Of a stretch of 32,000 bases of DNA, positions 8,136 through 16,546 are shown piece by piece. The stretch covers positions 120,001 to 152,000 of the forward strand of contig JAQVDW010000001.1 in the NCBI GenBank assembly GCA_028698185.1, in the 5' to 3' direction. The notes under the pieces are model-generated. The model had not been told where the DNA came from. It was given only the letters and a program-made list of their open reading frames with translations, and made no database searches. This stretch comes from Erysipelotrichaceae bacterium (GTDB lineage: Bacteria > Bacillota_I > Bacilli_A > Erysipelotrichales > Coprobacillaceae). Position numbers and translations under genes: made by a program. Within the stretch, counting starts at the first letter, position 1. The number at the start of each line of letters is the position of its first letter.

Positions 8136-9797
8136 TTACTTTATTTCCAAAGTCGAAATGATTACGGAAATGTCATCGGTAGCCATATAGCTCACCGCCA
8201 CTTCTTGACCCGCCTTCAACAAAGGCAGGCCGCTGTTAAGGGAGATGTCACTAATGAAAATCAGATTCTGCCCTTCCAGTTTGAAATAGTAGGTACTGTT
8301 GCCTTCGATGACCGCAGAGGAAATTTCACTGACGACACCTTCGATGGTTGTGACATCGCCGATTGCGCCATCACCTCCATTGAGGATTCCATTTTCCTTG
8401 AGCAGCTGGACATATGCTGTCTGGGCCGCCAACACGCTGTCGCCGGTGGCTACAATCTGGTAGTTTTCAACCGAAACAAAAGCGTACTTTTTGACCAGAT
8501 TGGCATTGTCTTTCAACGAAAGGAAATAAGTCGGCACCCCGGAGCTGTTGATGAGAATCGGGAATGTCGCATTGTAGCCCAGATGTTGGACCTGACCTTC
8601 CGCCGATGACATCGCCGAGAACTCTTCGGCACCGGAAATGCCGTAATATTTGGCATCCTTGGTCCGCAGGTTAACCAAGGCAAAACCGACATTTGAAGCA
8701 TCGGAAGTGGCCGAGGTCAACCCGGTGTAGAAATAGACGTCATCGTTCAAAGCCACGTAATTGTAGCCTTCGGTTGGCTGCAGGACCCCTTTTTGGGCCA
8801 GCACCGAATTGAAGAATCCGTTCTTGTATTTGCCCCAGTTGATCAGCTGCTGGTTGATGAGCGACGCCGGATAAATCCGGTCGACCCAGGTTGGCACCTC
8901 TAATATGTCATAATATTCGCTAGAGCCGTCAATCGCATTTACAAGTACTGCCCCGACAATGTCTTTTCCCCCGAAAATCCCGATCGTGTAATTGTAGACT
9001 GGAGCGATGTAATAAGGGGTCCCTTCTTCATCGATTTCAAACGAAAGTTCCTCGAACATCAAGGTCGGATAATTGAAGCGCAAGTGACGATAGATGTTCC
9101 TGAACAACGGTTCCGATTCGGAATATTTCATCCCCTGTTCCAAATCCACGACTGCGACCTTCTGGGTCACCATATTGACGGTGATGTAGGCCGGCAAGCC
9201 GTTCTTGCGGTTGGTGAACCAGCGGATCAGGTCGGTATATTCCAGGGGAGTAACCCGGTAAGGAGTGTTCTTGTAGTTGATCTGGATATAGTCCTGGTTG
9301 ACTTCGAACTGCGACACGTAATCAACGATTTCCCCCATCTTGCGGTCACCTAAAACGATCGACGACTGGCGGTCGACAACCGGAATCGCATTGAATGAAA
9401 TCGCCTCATTGTCGGCATAGAAGTCTGCTGTGCTGTCAAGAAGAAGCTGGGTCTGGTACCGGTCGGCATTGAATATCTTCAGTCCGGTCAGCCCCCCGAA
9501 AACACTGTAGAAAAACAGCGCCGCCGCAAGAAACAAAGGCAACTTGACAAACGCATTGAACCGGGCTGTGAAAACCACAGCGAGAAAAACATAGACAAGA
9601 AGCAAAAAGATCGCAAAACTGATGAATTCAACCGAACGCAGGTTGAGTGGAATCAAGGCGAACCACTCCATTACCGCTCCAAATATTGCCGTGATGATCA
9701 GGGCATACAACGGTCCTAGCGGCCGGGCCGACTTCCATTTTTTCACGGCTCCAAGTGATTGGATCCATTCATTGATTCTTTCATTGAGATTATTCAT
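8136..9797 (-). CDS. Uncharacterised membrane protein: about 3 N-terminal TM helices plus a ~440-aa probable extracytoplasmic domain
   Basis: 553-aa ORF. Hydrophobic stretches LYALIITAIFGAVMEWFALIPL, FISFAIFLLLVYVFLAVVFTA and LPLFLAAALFFYSVFGGLTGL. The rest is Tyr/Asn/Gly-rich with no catalytic motif I recognise. Its ATG overlaps the nrnA stop (aATGAATAA). Confidence 0.75.
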   Translation of the reverse strand: MNNLNERINEWIQSLGAVKKWKSARPLGPLYALIITAIFGAVMEWFALIPLNLRSVEFISFAIFLLLVYVFLAVVFTARFNAFVKLPLFLAAALFFYSVFGGLTGLKIFNADRYQTQLLLDSTADFYADNEAISFNAIPVVDRQSSIVLGDRKMGEIVDYVSQFEVNQDYIQINYKNTPYRVTPLEYTDLIRWFTNRKNGLPAYITVNMVTQKVAVVDLEQGMKYSESEPLFRNIYRHLRFNYPTLMFEELSFEIDEEGTPYYIAPVYNYTIGIFGGKDIVGAVLVNAIDGSSEYYDILEVPTWVDRIYPASLINQQLINWGKYKNGFFNSVLAQKGVLQPTEGYNYVALNDDVYFYTGLTSATSDASNVGFALVNLRTKDAKYYGISGAEEFSAMSSAEGQVQHLGYNATFPILINSSGVPTYFLSLKDNANLVKKYAFVSVENYQIVATGDSVLAAQTAYVQLLKENGILNGGDGAIGDVTTIEGVVSEISSAVIEGNSTYYFKLEGQNLIFISDISLNSGLPLLKAGQEVAVSYMATDDISVIISTLEIK

Positions 9798-10722
9798 TTT
9801 CAGCCAACTCCTTTAACATTTCCAATAGTTGTTCAACCTCACCAAGGTCCCTGACCCGGGCTCCGGCTGCCTGTCTGTGGCCCCCGCCGTTGAATTTTTC
9901 AGCCACCTGGCGGACATCCTTGTTGCGCGAGCGCATCGAAACCCGATAGTTGCCATGGAGGGTATCCTGGGTGATGGCCACCCAGATCTTGAACTCCTTG
10001 ATTCCGGCAAGCAGATTGACATTGTCGCTGCCTTTTTCCCTGGTTATGTCAAGCGCATCGAGGTCTTCCTGGTTGAGGATGAAATATGCCACATTGCCTT
10101 TGACTTGATATTTGTTGTAGATGTACTTTTTGATTTCGAGATCCTTGGCATCCTTGAGGTACAGTTCGTCGTAAATCCCGGTTATGTTGATTCCCGTTTC
10201 CAGCAGGGCGATTGCCGCCTTGAAAGTTGCCGGGGTTGTAGAATCGTACAGGAATCGGTTCGAATCGCCGATGATTCCGATGTAAAACAGCCGCGCCGTC
10301 TCCTTGGTGAGGATAAGCCCGAATTCTTTGACCAGATTGGCAAGAATCTCGCAGGTGCTGCTTGAAAACAGCTCCAGGTTGATGTGGCCGAAACTGTCGA
10401 CAACGATGTGGTGGTCGATTTTGATTATTTCCTTGGCCTTAGAGACGTCGCCATCGATCCGGTCGTAATTGGCGGTATCCATAACGATCGCCAGGTAATC
10501 ACCGGCATCGTCGCTGACTTTTTGAAAGTCATGGAACTTGAAAAGATTGACGATATCGAAGTCGAAATCTCCTGCCAGCGATATCTTTTTATCATTGAAA
10601 TTATCAGTCAACCACTGATACAGGCCGAATTGCGCCCCAAGACAATCCAGATCGGGATTGACATGGCGGAATAGGACAATCCGGTCGTACTCCCTGATTT
10701 TATTTAGTATTTGTATATTCAT
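9790..10722 (-). CDS. nrnA: DHH/DHHA1 phosphoesterase, NrnA-type oligoribonuclease/pAp phosphatase
   Basis: 310 aa. Motifs HVNPDLDCLG, DTAN, KIDHH and the DHHA1 motif GGGHRQAAGA. GGGAGGA RBS. Confidence 0.85.
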   Translation of the reverse strand: MNIQILNKIREYDRIVLFRHVNPDLDCLGAQFGLYQWLTDNFNDKKISLAGDFDFDIVNLFKFHDFQKVSDDAGDYLAIVMDTANYDRIDGDVSKAKEIIKIDHHIVVDSFGHINLELFSSSTCEILANLVKEFGLILTKETARLFYIGIIGDSNRFLYDSTTPATFKAAIALLETGINITGIYDELYLKDAKDLEIKKYIYNKYQVKGNVAYFILNQEDLDALDITREKGSDNVNLLAGIKEFKIWVAITQDTLHGNYRVSMRSRNKDVRQVAEKFNGGGHRQAAGARVRDLGEVEQLLEMLKELAENE

Positions 10723-10740
10723 TTGGTTCCTCCCAACGAC

Positions 10741-10769
10741 ATTTTACCAAATTCAGGCCATTATTTCAC
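10741..10769 (-). promoter_or_regulatory. Putative promoter for nrnA: weak -35 GTGAAA, 17-nt spacer, TGg-extended -10 TAAAAT
   Basis: Minus strand: GTGAAA taatggcctgaatttgg TAAAAT, about 18 nt before the ATG. The -35 is poor. Confidence 0.4.
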
Positions 10770-10834
10770 TAAATTTAACGCAAAAGTGATTGATTTGGCA
10801 GTTTTATGGGGCATAAACCCCGCACCGGTCTGGA

Positions 10835-10863
10835 AAAATACAAAAAAGTCTCGTAAGAGACTT
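10835..10863 (-). terminator. Rho-independent terminator after ackA
   Basis: Minus strand: AAGTCTC ttac GAGACTT followed by TTTTTGTATTTTT. The stem overlaps the ackA stop codon. Confidence 0.75.
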
Positions 10864-12064
10864 AGTTGATTCCATAGATGCGGCACACATCGCGCGCAAT
10901 CATGATTTCTTCGTTTGTCGGCACGACCATCACTTCCACCTGGGAATTAGGAGTCGAGATTGTCCGCGCTTCCTTCGAACGGATTTCGTTCAGGGCCTCA
11001 TCGAGATGAGCTCCAAGGGCCCGGGATACGTTGTCGATAATGATCCGTCTTAGATAAGAGGCGTTTTCACCGACACCGGCGGTAAAGGCGATTACGTCAA
11101 CCCCGCCAAGTTCCATCACATACGATCCGATGTATTTGGATACGATACGCGAATAAAGCAAGCCGGTAAGGAGCGCCTTTTCATTGCCATCCTTGAACAG
11201 GGCATTTTCGATGTCCCGTGAATCCGAGGAGATACCAGAAACGCCAAGCATGCCCGATTCCTTGTTCATCACATCGAGGAACTGGTCAGGAGACATGTTG
11301 AGTTTTTTGCACATGTACGGGATGATCGAAGGGTCGATGTCACCGCAACGGGTTCCCATCATCAAACCGGCCAAAGGCGTGAATCCCATCGAAGTGTCGA
11401 TGCAGACTCCGTCTTGAACCGCCGAAATGCTCGCCCCATTGCCTAGATGGCAGACGATGACACGGGATTTTTTGGGGTTTCCAAGAAGTTTGATGACTTC
11501 TTGGGAAACATATTTGTGGCTTGTCCCGTGGGCTCCATATTTTCTGATCTTGTAATTTTCATAATACTCGTACGGCAAGGCATACAGATATCTTTCAGGA
11601 TCGAGAGTCTGGTGGAATGACGTGTCGAATACGAACACGTGTTTTGAATCCTCACCCAAAGCTTCCTTGAATGAACGGTACCCTACCAGGTTGGCTCCAT
11701 TGTGGAGCGGTGCAAGTTCGATCAGGCTTTCGACCAGTGCCACGTTTTCCTCGGTGCAGATCGCCGAATCCTTGAAGAAATCGCCACCTTGGACAACCCG
11801 GTGACCGCAGGCCGCGATATCCGACAATGCACTAACCGCGCTATAGTCGACCAATGCCTTGAGCAACAGTTCAACCCCGGCTTTGTGATCGGGGATTTCC
11901 TGGGTGATCTGATGCTTCTTGTTGTCGACGACGATTTCAAAGTTACCTTCTTTTTGACCGATTCTTTCAACGATCCCAGAAGAAATAACTTTTTCGCTAG
12001 GCATCTCGATCAATTGGAACTTCAACGATGAGCTGCCCGCATTTACTGCCATAATTTTTGTCAT
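10862..12064 (-). CDS. ackA: Acetate kinase
   Basis: 400 aa. N-terminal MAVNAGSSSLKFQL motif and full-length acetokinase-like sequence. GGAGG RBS. Confidence 0.96.
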   Translation of the reverse strand: MTKIMAVNAGSSSLKFQLIEMPSEKVISSGIVERIGQKEGNFEIVVDNKKHQITQEIPDHKAGVELLLKALVDYSAVSALSDIAACGHRVVQGGDFFKDSAICTEENVALVESLIELAPLHNGANLVGYRSFKEALGEDSKHVFVFDTSFHQTLDPERYLYALPYEYYENYKIRKYGAHGTSHKYVSQEVIKLLGNPKKSRVIVCHLGNGASISAVQDGVCIDTSMGFTPLAGLMMGTRCGDIDPSIIPYMCKKLNMSPDQFLDVMNKESGMLGVSGISSDSRDIENALFKDGNEKALLTGLLYSRIVSKYIGSYVMELGGVDVIAFTAGVGENASYLRRIIIDNVSRALGAHLDEALNEIRSKEARTISTPNSQVEVMVVPTNEEIMIARDVCRIYGIN

Positions 12065-12082
12065 ATAAAAACCTCCATCCGA

Positions 12083-12112
12083 ATTATAACAAAAACCATG
12101 TTTACATTACAA
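12083..12112 (-). promoter_or_regulatory. Putative ackA promoter: -35 TTGTAA, 18-nt spacer, TGt-extended -10 TATAAT
   Basis: Minus strand: TTGTAA tgtaaacatggtttttgt TATAAT, ending 18 nt upstream of the ATG. Confidence 0.45.
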
Positions 12113-12183
12113 CAGATATGTGTAACAGTAGTGCGATAATTTTTGCCATATCTTGATAATTTTTTAACTTAGTAAACATAGTG

Positions 12184-12216
12184 AAAACAAAGCTTAAGTA
12201 TTCTTAAGCTTTGTTT
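12184..12216 (-). terminator. Rho-independent terminator after the hydrogenase operon
   Basis: Perfect 14-bp stem AAACAAAGCTTAAG / CTTAAGCTTTGTTT with a 4-nt loop, followed on the minus strand by TTTTCAC. It starts 5 nt after the hydA stop. Confidence 0.8.
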
Positions 12217-12221
12217 GGGAA

Positions 12222-13970
12222 TTATTTGAATCTTGGCTTCTTGTGGTAATGAGTGTGGAGATAATGATGGGCGACATCGCTGTTAGGTTCCTTCAGGAAT
12301 TCCTTATAGAGCGCCTGGATCTGGGTATTAAGATGCGATTTGCGCACCGGTTGGGCCTCGTCTTCGGCGTACAGCGCCTTAGCTCTTAAAGTCATGTAGT
12401 CGATATTGCTGTTGCGGATTTGTGCAGGGACATATGATTGACCGCCACCGTTGACACATCCGCCTGGACATCCCATGATTTCGATGAAGTGATATTTCGA
12501 AACACCGTTTTTGATGTCTTCAAGAAGCGGTTTCGCCAATTTCATCGAATGGGCTACTGCCACGTTGATCACTGTTCCGGCGATCTCAATGCTCGCTTCC
12601 TTGAGTCCGTGTTCACCGCGGACTTGGGTATATTCAAGCTGTTGGAAATCTCCATCTTCAAGGACATCTTTGGCAGTTCTTAGCGCCGCTTCCATAACCC
12701 CTCCGGATACACCGAAGATTACCGCAGCACCGGTGTACTCACCAAAAAGGTCCTGGTCGTATTTTTCGTCCTCCAAAGCCTTGAAGTCGATGCCGTACAT
12801 CTTGATGAGTTTTCCCAACTCGCGGGTTGTAAGGACATAATCGATGTCCTGAACTCCGTCAACAAGGTTTTCTTCGCGTCTTGCCTCGCCTTTTTTGGCG
12901 GTACATGGCATGATTGAAACGGTCACGATTTTTTCTTTAGGGATGTTGTTGATGTCGGCGAAGCGTGATTTGATCATCGCTCCTAACATCATATGCGGCG
13001 ATTTGCATGTCGAAAGGTTGTCGAGCAGCTCCGGATATTCCATCTCGCAGTAGTTCACCCAACCTGGCGAACATGAAGTTATCTGAGGCAACACCCCACC
13101 GTTTTTAACCCGGTTGATGAACTCGTTGGCTTCTTCCATGATGGTCAAATCGGCACCGAAGTTGGTGTCATAGACCCGGTCGAATCCCATCAGTTTGAGG
13201 GCTGAAACCATCTTCCCGGTGACCCGGGTCCCAATCGGCATTGAGAATTCTTCTCCCAGGCTGGCGCGCACTGCAGGCGCGGTTTGGACAACCACGTATT
13301 TGTCAGGATCATCAAGGGCGTCGATGACATAATGGATTTCTTCTTTTTCATAAAGGGCTCCAACCGGACAAACGTTGATACACTGTCCACACTGGATGCA
13401 GTTGACATCGGCAAACGAACGGTCGTAAACCGGACCGATTTTGGTCTTGAAACCGCGGTTCTGGAATCCTAGAATTCCGATTCCCTGCATTTTTTGACAC
13501 GCTGCAACACAGCGGCCACATAAGATACATTTTGAAGTGTCGCGGACAATTCCCGGAGCGACATCATCGAAGGTCGGAGTTGTCTTGGCTCCGGCATAGG
13601 CGTCTTCACGCACCCCGGTTTCCTGGCAAAGTCTTTGCAATTCACAGTTGGTGTTGCGAATACAGCTTAAACAGTCCTTCGAATGGTTTGAGACGATCAG
13701 CTCGAGGATCTGCTTGCGGGCATCCAGCGCTTTTTTGGAATTCGTCTTGATTTCCATTCCATCAGCCACCGGATAGACACAAGAGGCAACCAGCTTGTTC
13801 ATCCCTTTGATCTCAACTTGACAAACACGGCATGAACCGGTTCCAGTCAGGTCCTTGAGATGACACAATGTCGGGATATGAATATTGTTTTCACGGGCAA
13901 CATCGAGAATCGTTTGGCCGGGATTGGCTAGATATTCGCGATTGTTTATTTTAACTTTTATTTTTTCCAT
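12222..13970 (-). CDS. hydA: [FeFe] hydrogenase catalytic subunit, M3-type (HydA/HndD-like)
   Basis: 582 aa. N-terminal plant-type 2Fe-2S Cys pattern, H-x3-C-x2-C-x5-C cluster (HSKDCLSCIRNTNC), two 4Fe-4S motifs (CILCGRCVAAC, CIQCGQCINVCP). H-cluster motifs MPCTAKKGE and EIMGCPGGCVNGGGQ. The first H-cluster motif is TSCSPGW (see findings). Confidence 0.93.
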   Translation of the reverse strand: MEKIKVKINNREYLANPGQTILDVARENNIHIPTLCHLKDLTGTGSCRVCQVEIKGMNKLVASCVYPVADGMEIKTNSKKALDARKQILELIVSNHSKDCLSCIRNTNCELQRLCQETGVREDAYAGAKTTPTFDDVAPGIVRDTSKCILCGRCVAACQKMQGIGILGFQNRGFKTKIGPVYDRSFADVNCIQCGQCINVCPVGALYEKEEIHYVIDALDDPDKYVVVQTAPAVRASLGEEFSMPIGTRVTGKMVSALKLMGFDRVYDTNFGADLTIMEEANEFINRVKNGGVLPQITSCSPGWVNYCEMEYPELLDNLSTCKSPHMMLGAMIKSRFADINNIPKEKIVTVSIMPCTAKKGEARREENLVDGVQDIDYVLTTRELGKLIKMYGIDFKALEDEKYDQDLFGEYTGAAVIFGVSGGVMEAALRTAKDVLEDGDFQQLEYTQVRGEHGLKEASIEIAGTVINVAVAHSMKLAKPLLEDIKNGVSKYHFIEIMGCPGGCVNGGGQSYVPAQIRNSNIDYMTLRAKALYAEDEAQPVRKSHLNTQIQALYKEFLKEPNSDVAHHYLHTHYHKKPRFK

Positions 13971-13976
13971 TCCGGT

Positions 13977-15764
13977 CTATCTCCTTTCAATTGCTTTGAA
14001 ATGACATGCTTTGACACATTGGCCACACTTGATACATTTTTCCTGGTCGATCACGAAAGCAGTTTTTCCAAGTTCGCCGCTGATGGCTCCCACTGGACAT
14101 TGCTTAGCACACAAGCCACACTTGCGGCAAAGTTCCGGATCGATAATGTAGCTTAACAGTTCCTTACAAACCCCGGCCGGACATTTCTTGTCTTCGATAT
14201 GGGCTTGATATTCGTCGGCAAAAAGTCTTAGTGTCGACAGGACCGGATTTGGCGCTGTCTGACCGAGACCGCAAAGTGAAGTGTCTTTGATGACTTGAGA
14301 AAGGTTCAAAAGTTCATCGATTGTTTCCTGAGTCCCTTCACCCTTGGTGATCGACTCTAGAAGTTCATAAAGGCGTTTGGTTCCGATACGGCAAGGCGTA
14401 CATTTGCCGCAGCTTTCGTCAACGATGAAATCAAGATAGAATCTTGCCACGTCAACCATGCAGTTGTCTTCATCAAGGACAATCATCCCGCCAGATCCCA
14501 TCATCGAACCCAAAGAAAGCAATTCGTCAAATCCGATTGGAGTATCCAGGTGTTCCTTGGTCAAGCAGCCTCCGGATGGTCCTCCGGTTTGAACTGCCTT
14601 GAATTCTTTGCCATTCGGGCAACCGCCACCGATATCATAGATGACTTCTCTTAAAGTTGTTCCCATCGGCACTTCGACAAGCCCGGTATTTTTGATTTTC
14701 CCACCCAAAGCGAAAACTTTGGTACCGGTAGATGCCGGCGTCCCGATCGATGCGAACCATGCACTTCCCTTAAGGATGATCTGGGCGATATTGGCGTATG
14801 TTTCAACGTTGTTGATGATCGTCGGTTTGCCCCAGACACCGGAAACTGCCGGGAACGGCGGTTTGGGCTGTGGCATCCCGCGATGGCCTTCAATCGAGCG
14901 GATCAGGGCTGTTTCTTCACCACATACGAACGCCCCGGCTCCAAGACGGATTTCCAGGTCGAAATCGAAGCCGCTGCCAAAGATGTCATCGCCAAGCAAG
15001 CCGTGTTCACGGGCCTGGTCGATTGCAACTTCAAGACGTTGTACGGCAATCGGATATTCCGCCCGGATGTAGATGTAACCATAGTTCGCCCCGATTGCAT
15101 AAGCGGCGATCGCCATCGCTTCGATGACGCTGTGAGGGTTACCTTCAAGGATCGAACGATCCATGAACGCACCCGGGTCACCTTCATCGGCGTTGCAGAT
15201 TACATATTTCTGTTTTTCCTGCTGGTCATGGGCAAACTGCCATTTTTTCCCAGCCGGGAATCCGCCACCGCCGCGGCCGCGCAGGCCTGAAGCCAGGACT
15301 TCGTCGATAACTTCCTGCTTAGACATTGAAGTCAGGACTTTGGCTAAAGCCTGGTACCCGTCTTTGGCGATGTATTCTTCGATATTTTCAGGATCGATAA
15401 CCCCGCAGTTGTTGAGGGCAATCCTTTTTTGTTTGGCATAAAAAGAGGAATGGTTGATGTCGAGGACTTTCCCGTCTTTGACATCGTTGAGCATTTTTCT
15501 TTGGACCGGGCGTCCTTTAAGGAAGTGCTCAGTGACGATTTCCTTGATATCGTCGACACTTACTGTCTTGTAGATGATGTTGTCAGGATATACGGCCACA
15601 TTTGGTCCGACCCCGCAAAGCCCCAGACATCCGGTTTTTTTGACGCTGATTTCATTTTCCAAACCGGCATGTTTGATCTCTTCCTTGAATTTTTCAATCA
15701 GTTCGCCTGAGTTACCGATGGTACATCCAGTACCGGCACATACTACTACTTGGATTCTTTCCAT
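13977..15764 (-). CDS. hydB: NuoF-like NAD(P)H-binding flavoprotein subunit of the hydrogenase (HydB/HndC-like)
   Basis: ORF trimmed to the ATG at 15762-15764 (MERIQVVVCAGTGC...), preceded by AGGAGGG. The 29 upstream codons overlap the preceding gene. Thioredoxin-like 2Fe-2S N-domain, GRGGGGFPAGKKW, ESCGKCTPCR, and two C-terminal ferredoxin motifs (CRKCGLCAKQCP, CIKCGQCVKAC). Confidence 0.92.
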   Translation of the reverse strand: MERIQVVVCAGTGCTIGNSGELIEKFKEEIKHAGLENEISVKKTGCLGLCGVGPNVAVYPDNIIYKTVSVDDIKEIVTEHFLKGRPVQRKMLNDVKDGKVLDINHSSFYAKQKRIALNNCGVIDPENIEEYIAKDGYQALAKVLTSMSKQEVIDEVLASGLRGRGGGGFPAGKKWQFAHDQQEKQKYVICNADEGDPGAFMDRSILEGNPHSVIEAMAIAAYAIGANYGYIYIRAEYPIAVQRLEVAIDQAREHGLLGDDIFGSGFDFDLEIRLGAGAFVCGEETALIRSIEGHRGMPQPKPPFPAVSGVWGKPTIINNVETYANIAQIILKGSAWFASIGTPASTGTKVFALGGKIKNTGLVEVPMGTTLREVIYDIGGGCPNGKEFKAVQTGGPSGGCLTKEHLDTPIGFDELLSLGSMMGSGGMIVLDEDNCMVDVARFYLDFIVDESCGKCTPCRIGTKRLYELLESITKGEGTQETIDELLNLSQVIKDTSLCGLGQTAPNPVLSTLRLFADEYQAHIEDKKCPAGVCKELLSYIIDPELCRKCGLCAKQCPVGAISGELGKTAFVIDQEKCIKCGQCVKACHFKAIERR

Positions 15765-15765
15765 C

Positions 15766-16131
15766 CTATTGGCCCTCCTGCAACAAATATTCTTCAATAA
15801 CCTGATTGTTTTGCAGATGTTTCGCAATGATTTCCTCAGCCATCGCCACATCGACTTTCTTGTAAATCACCTGATTGCCTGTGCTGTCGACAATTTTCAC
15901 CAATGGTTCCTGACCGGTCACTTCGATTTGGCCGTCTTGCGTAACTAAAGCATTGATTTTCAATTCATGGACTTTTTCGACCAGCTTGAGCAGCACGTTT
16001 CGTGCCCCAGCAGCGATACCCGCGGTCCCCATGGCAACCACGACAAAATAATCATGGCCATCATCAAGACGCATTTCCATCTTGTTTCTTGCTTTAGTTC
16101 GCAGTTGATTTAGCTCTTCAACTGTTTTCAT
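15766..16131 (-). CDS. Small thioredoxin-like protein of the hydrogenase operon (HndB/HydD-like), with no cysteines
   Basis: 121 aa. VVVAMGTAGIAAGAR and VTQDGQIEVTGQEPLV resemble the 2Fe-2S ferredoxin-domain proteins found at this operon position. The translation contains no Cys. Confidence 0.7.
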   Translation of the reverse strand: MKTVEELNQLRTKARNKMEMRLDDGHDYFVVVAMGTAGIAAGARNVLLKLVEKVHELKINALVTQDGQIEVTGQEPLVKIVDSTGNQVIYKKVDVAMAEEIIAKHLQNNQVIEEYLLQEGQ

Positions 16132-16546
16132 TTAATAACTCCTTAATATTTTCTTGCAGATTCGACTTGTCTTTTTCTAACTGGTAAATTTTCTTATCAA
16201 TCTCATAACGGATTGCAACTTCGCGATTTGTCATAAACGATGTAAGAATCGTCGCCTTCAAATCGCCAAGGGGGATTTTCCGATCGAATTTGGCTGAGAC
16301 TTTCGTGCCGTTTTCGAGCGGTTCAATCGTATAGCTGCCCTTGTCATGCATAAAAAAAGAAAAATGACCCAAACCATGATCCGTACCAATCAGTTCATTG
16401 TCATACGTTTTCATGATCGAGGTGCCATTATCAACTATTTTCAAGGTCAAGGGAGCAGTTGTAATAGTCACTATGATGTTGGAAGCTAAAGCATTGATGC
16501 TGTTGATAACCAACTCGAGCAGATGCAAGGAAAAATCCTTATCCAT
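16118..16546 (-). CDS. Short histidine-kinase-like ATPase-fold protein within the hydrogenase operon
   Basis: 142 aa. N-box-like LLELVINSINALASN, G1-like VDNGTSI (second Gly missing), GLG further on. No HisKA or sensor domain. Overlaps both neighbouring genes (8 nt and 14 nt). Confidence 0.6.
   Translation of the reverse strand: MDKDFSLHLLELVINSINALASNIIVTITTAPLTLKIVDNGTSIMKTYDNELIGTDHGLGHFSFFMHDKGSYTIEPLENGTKVSAKFDRKIPLGDLKATILTSFMTNREVAIRYEIDKKIYQLEKDKSNLQENIKELLNENS

Noticed and set aside
10775-10830. A 17-codon minus-strand ORF (MPHKTAKSITFALNLVK) in the ackA/nrnA intergenic region
   Set aside because: It has no convincing RBS spacing and overlaps the putative nrnA promoter. It is most likely a chance ORF.
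12065-12183. A CcpA cre site upstream of ackA, as in Bacillus, and near the hydrogenase promoter
   Set aside because: The best candidates I could read (for example TGTAACAGTAGTGC at ackA and ATACAAACGCGATTT near the hydrogenase promoter) miss the central CG or several conserved positions of WTGNAANCGNWNNCW. They are not supportable by eye.
15765-15851. N-terminal extensions in ORF-track ORFs: hydB 15765-15851, ylxM 2005-2079, hydC 17034-17063, tyrS 25153-25179, aspS 31237-31320, ttcA 23100-23135
   Set aside because: Each extension overlaps the upstream gene, a terminator or a promoter and lacks an RBS. The internal ATG in each case has a strong Shine-Dalgarno sequence and begins the conserved N-terminus.
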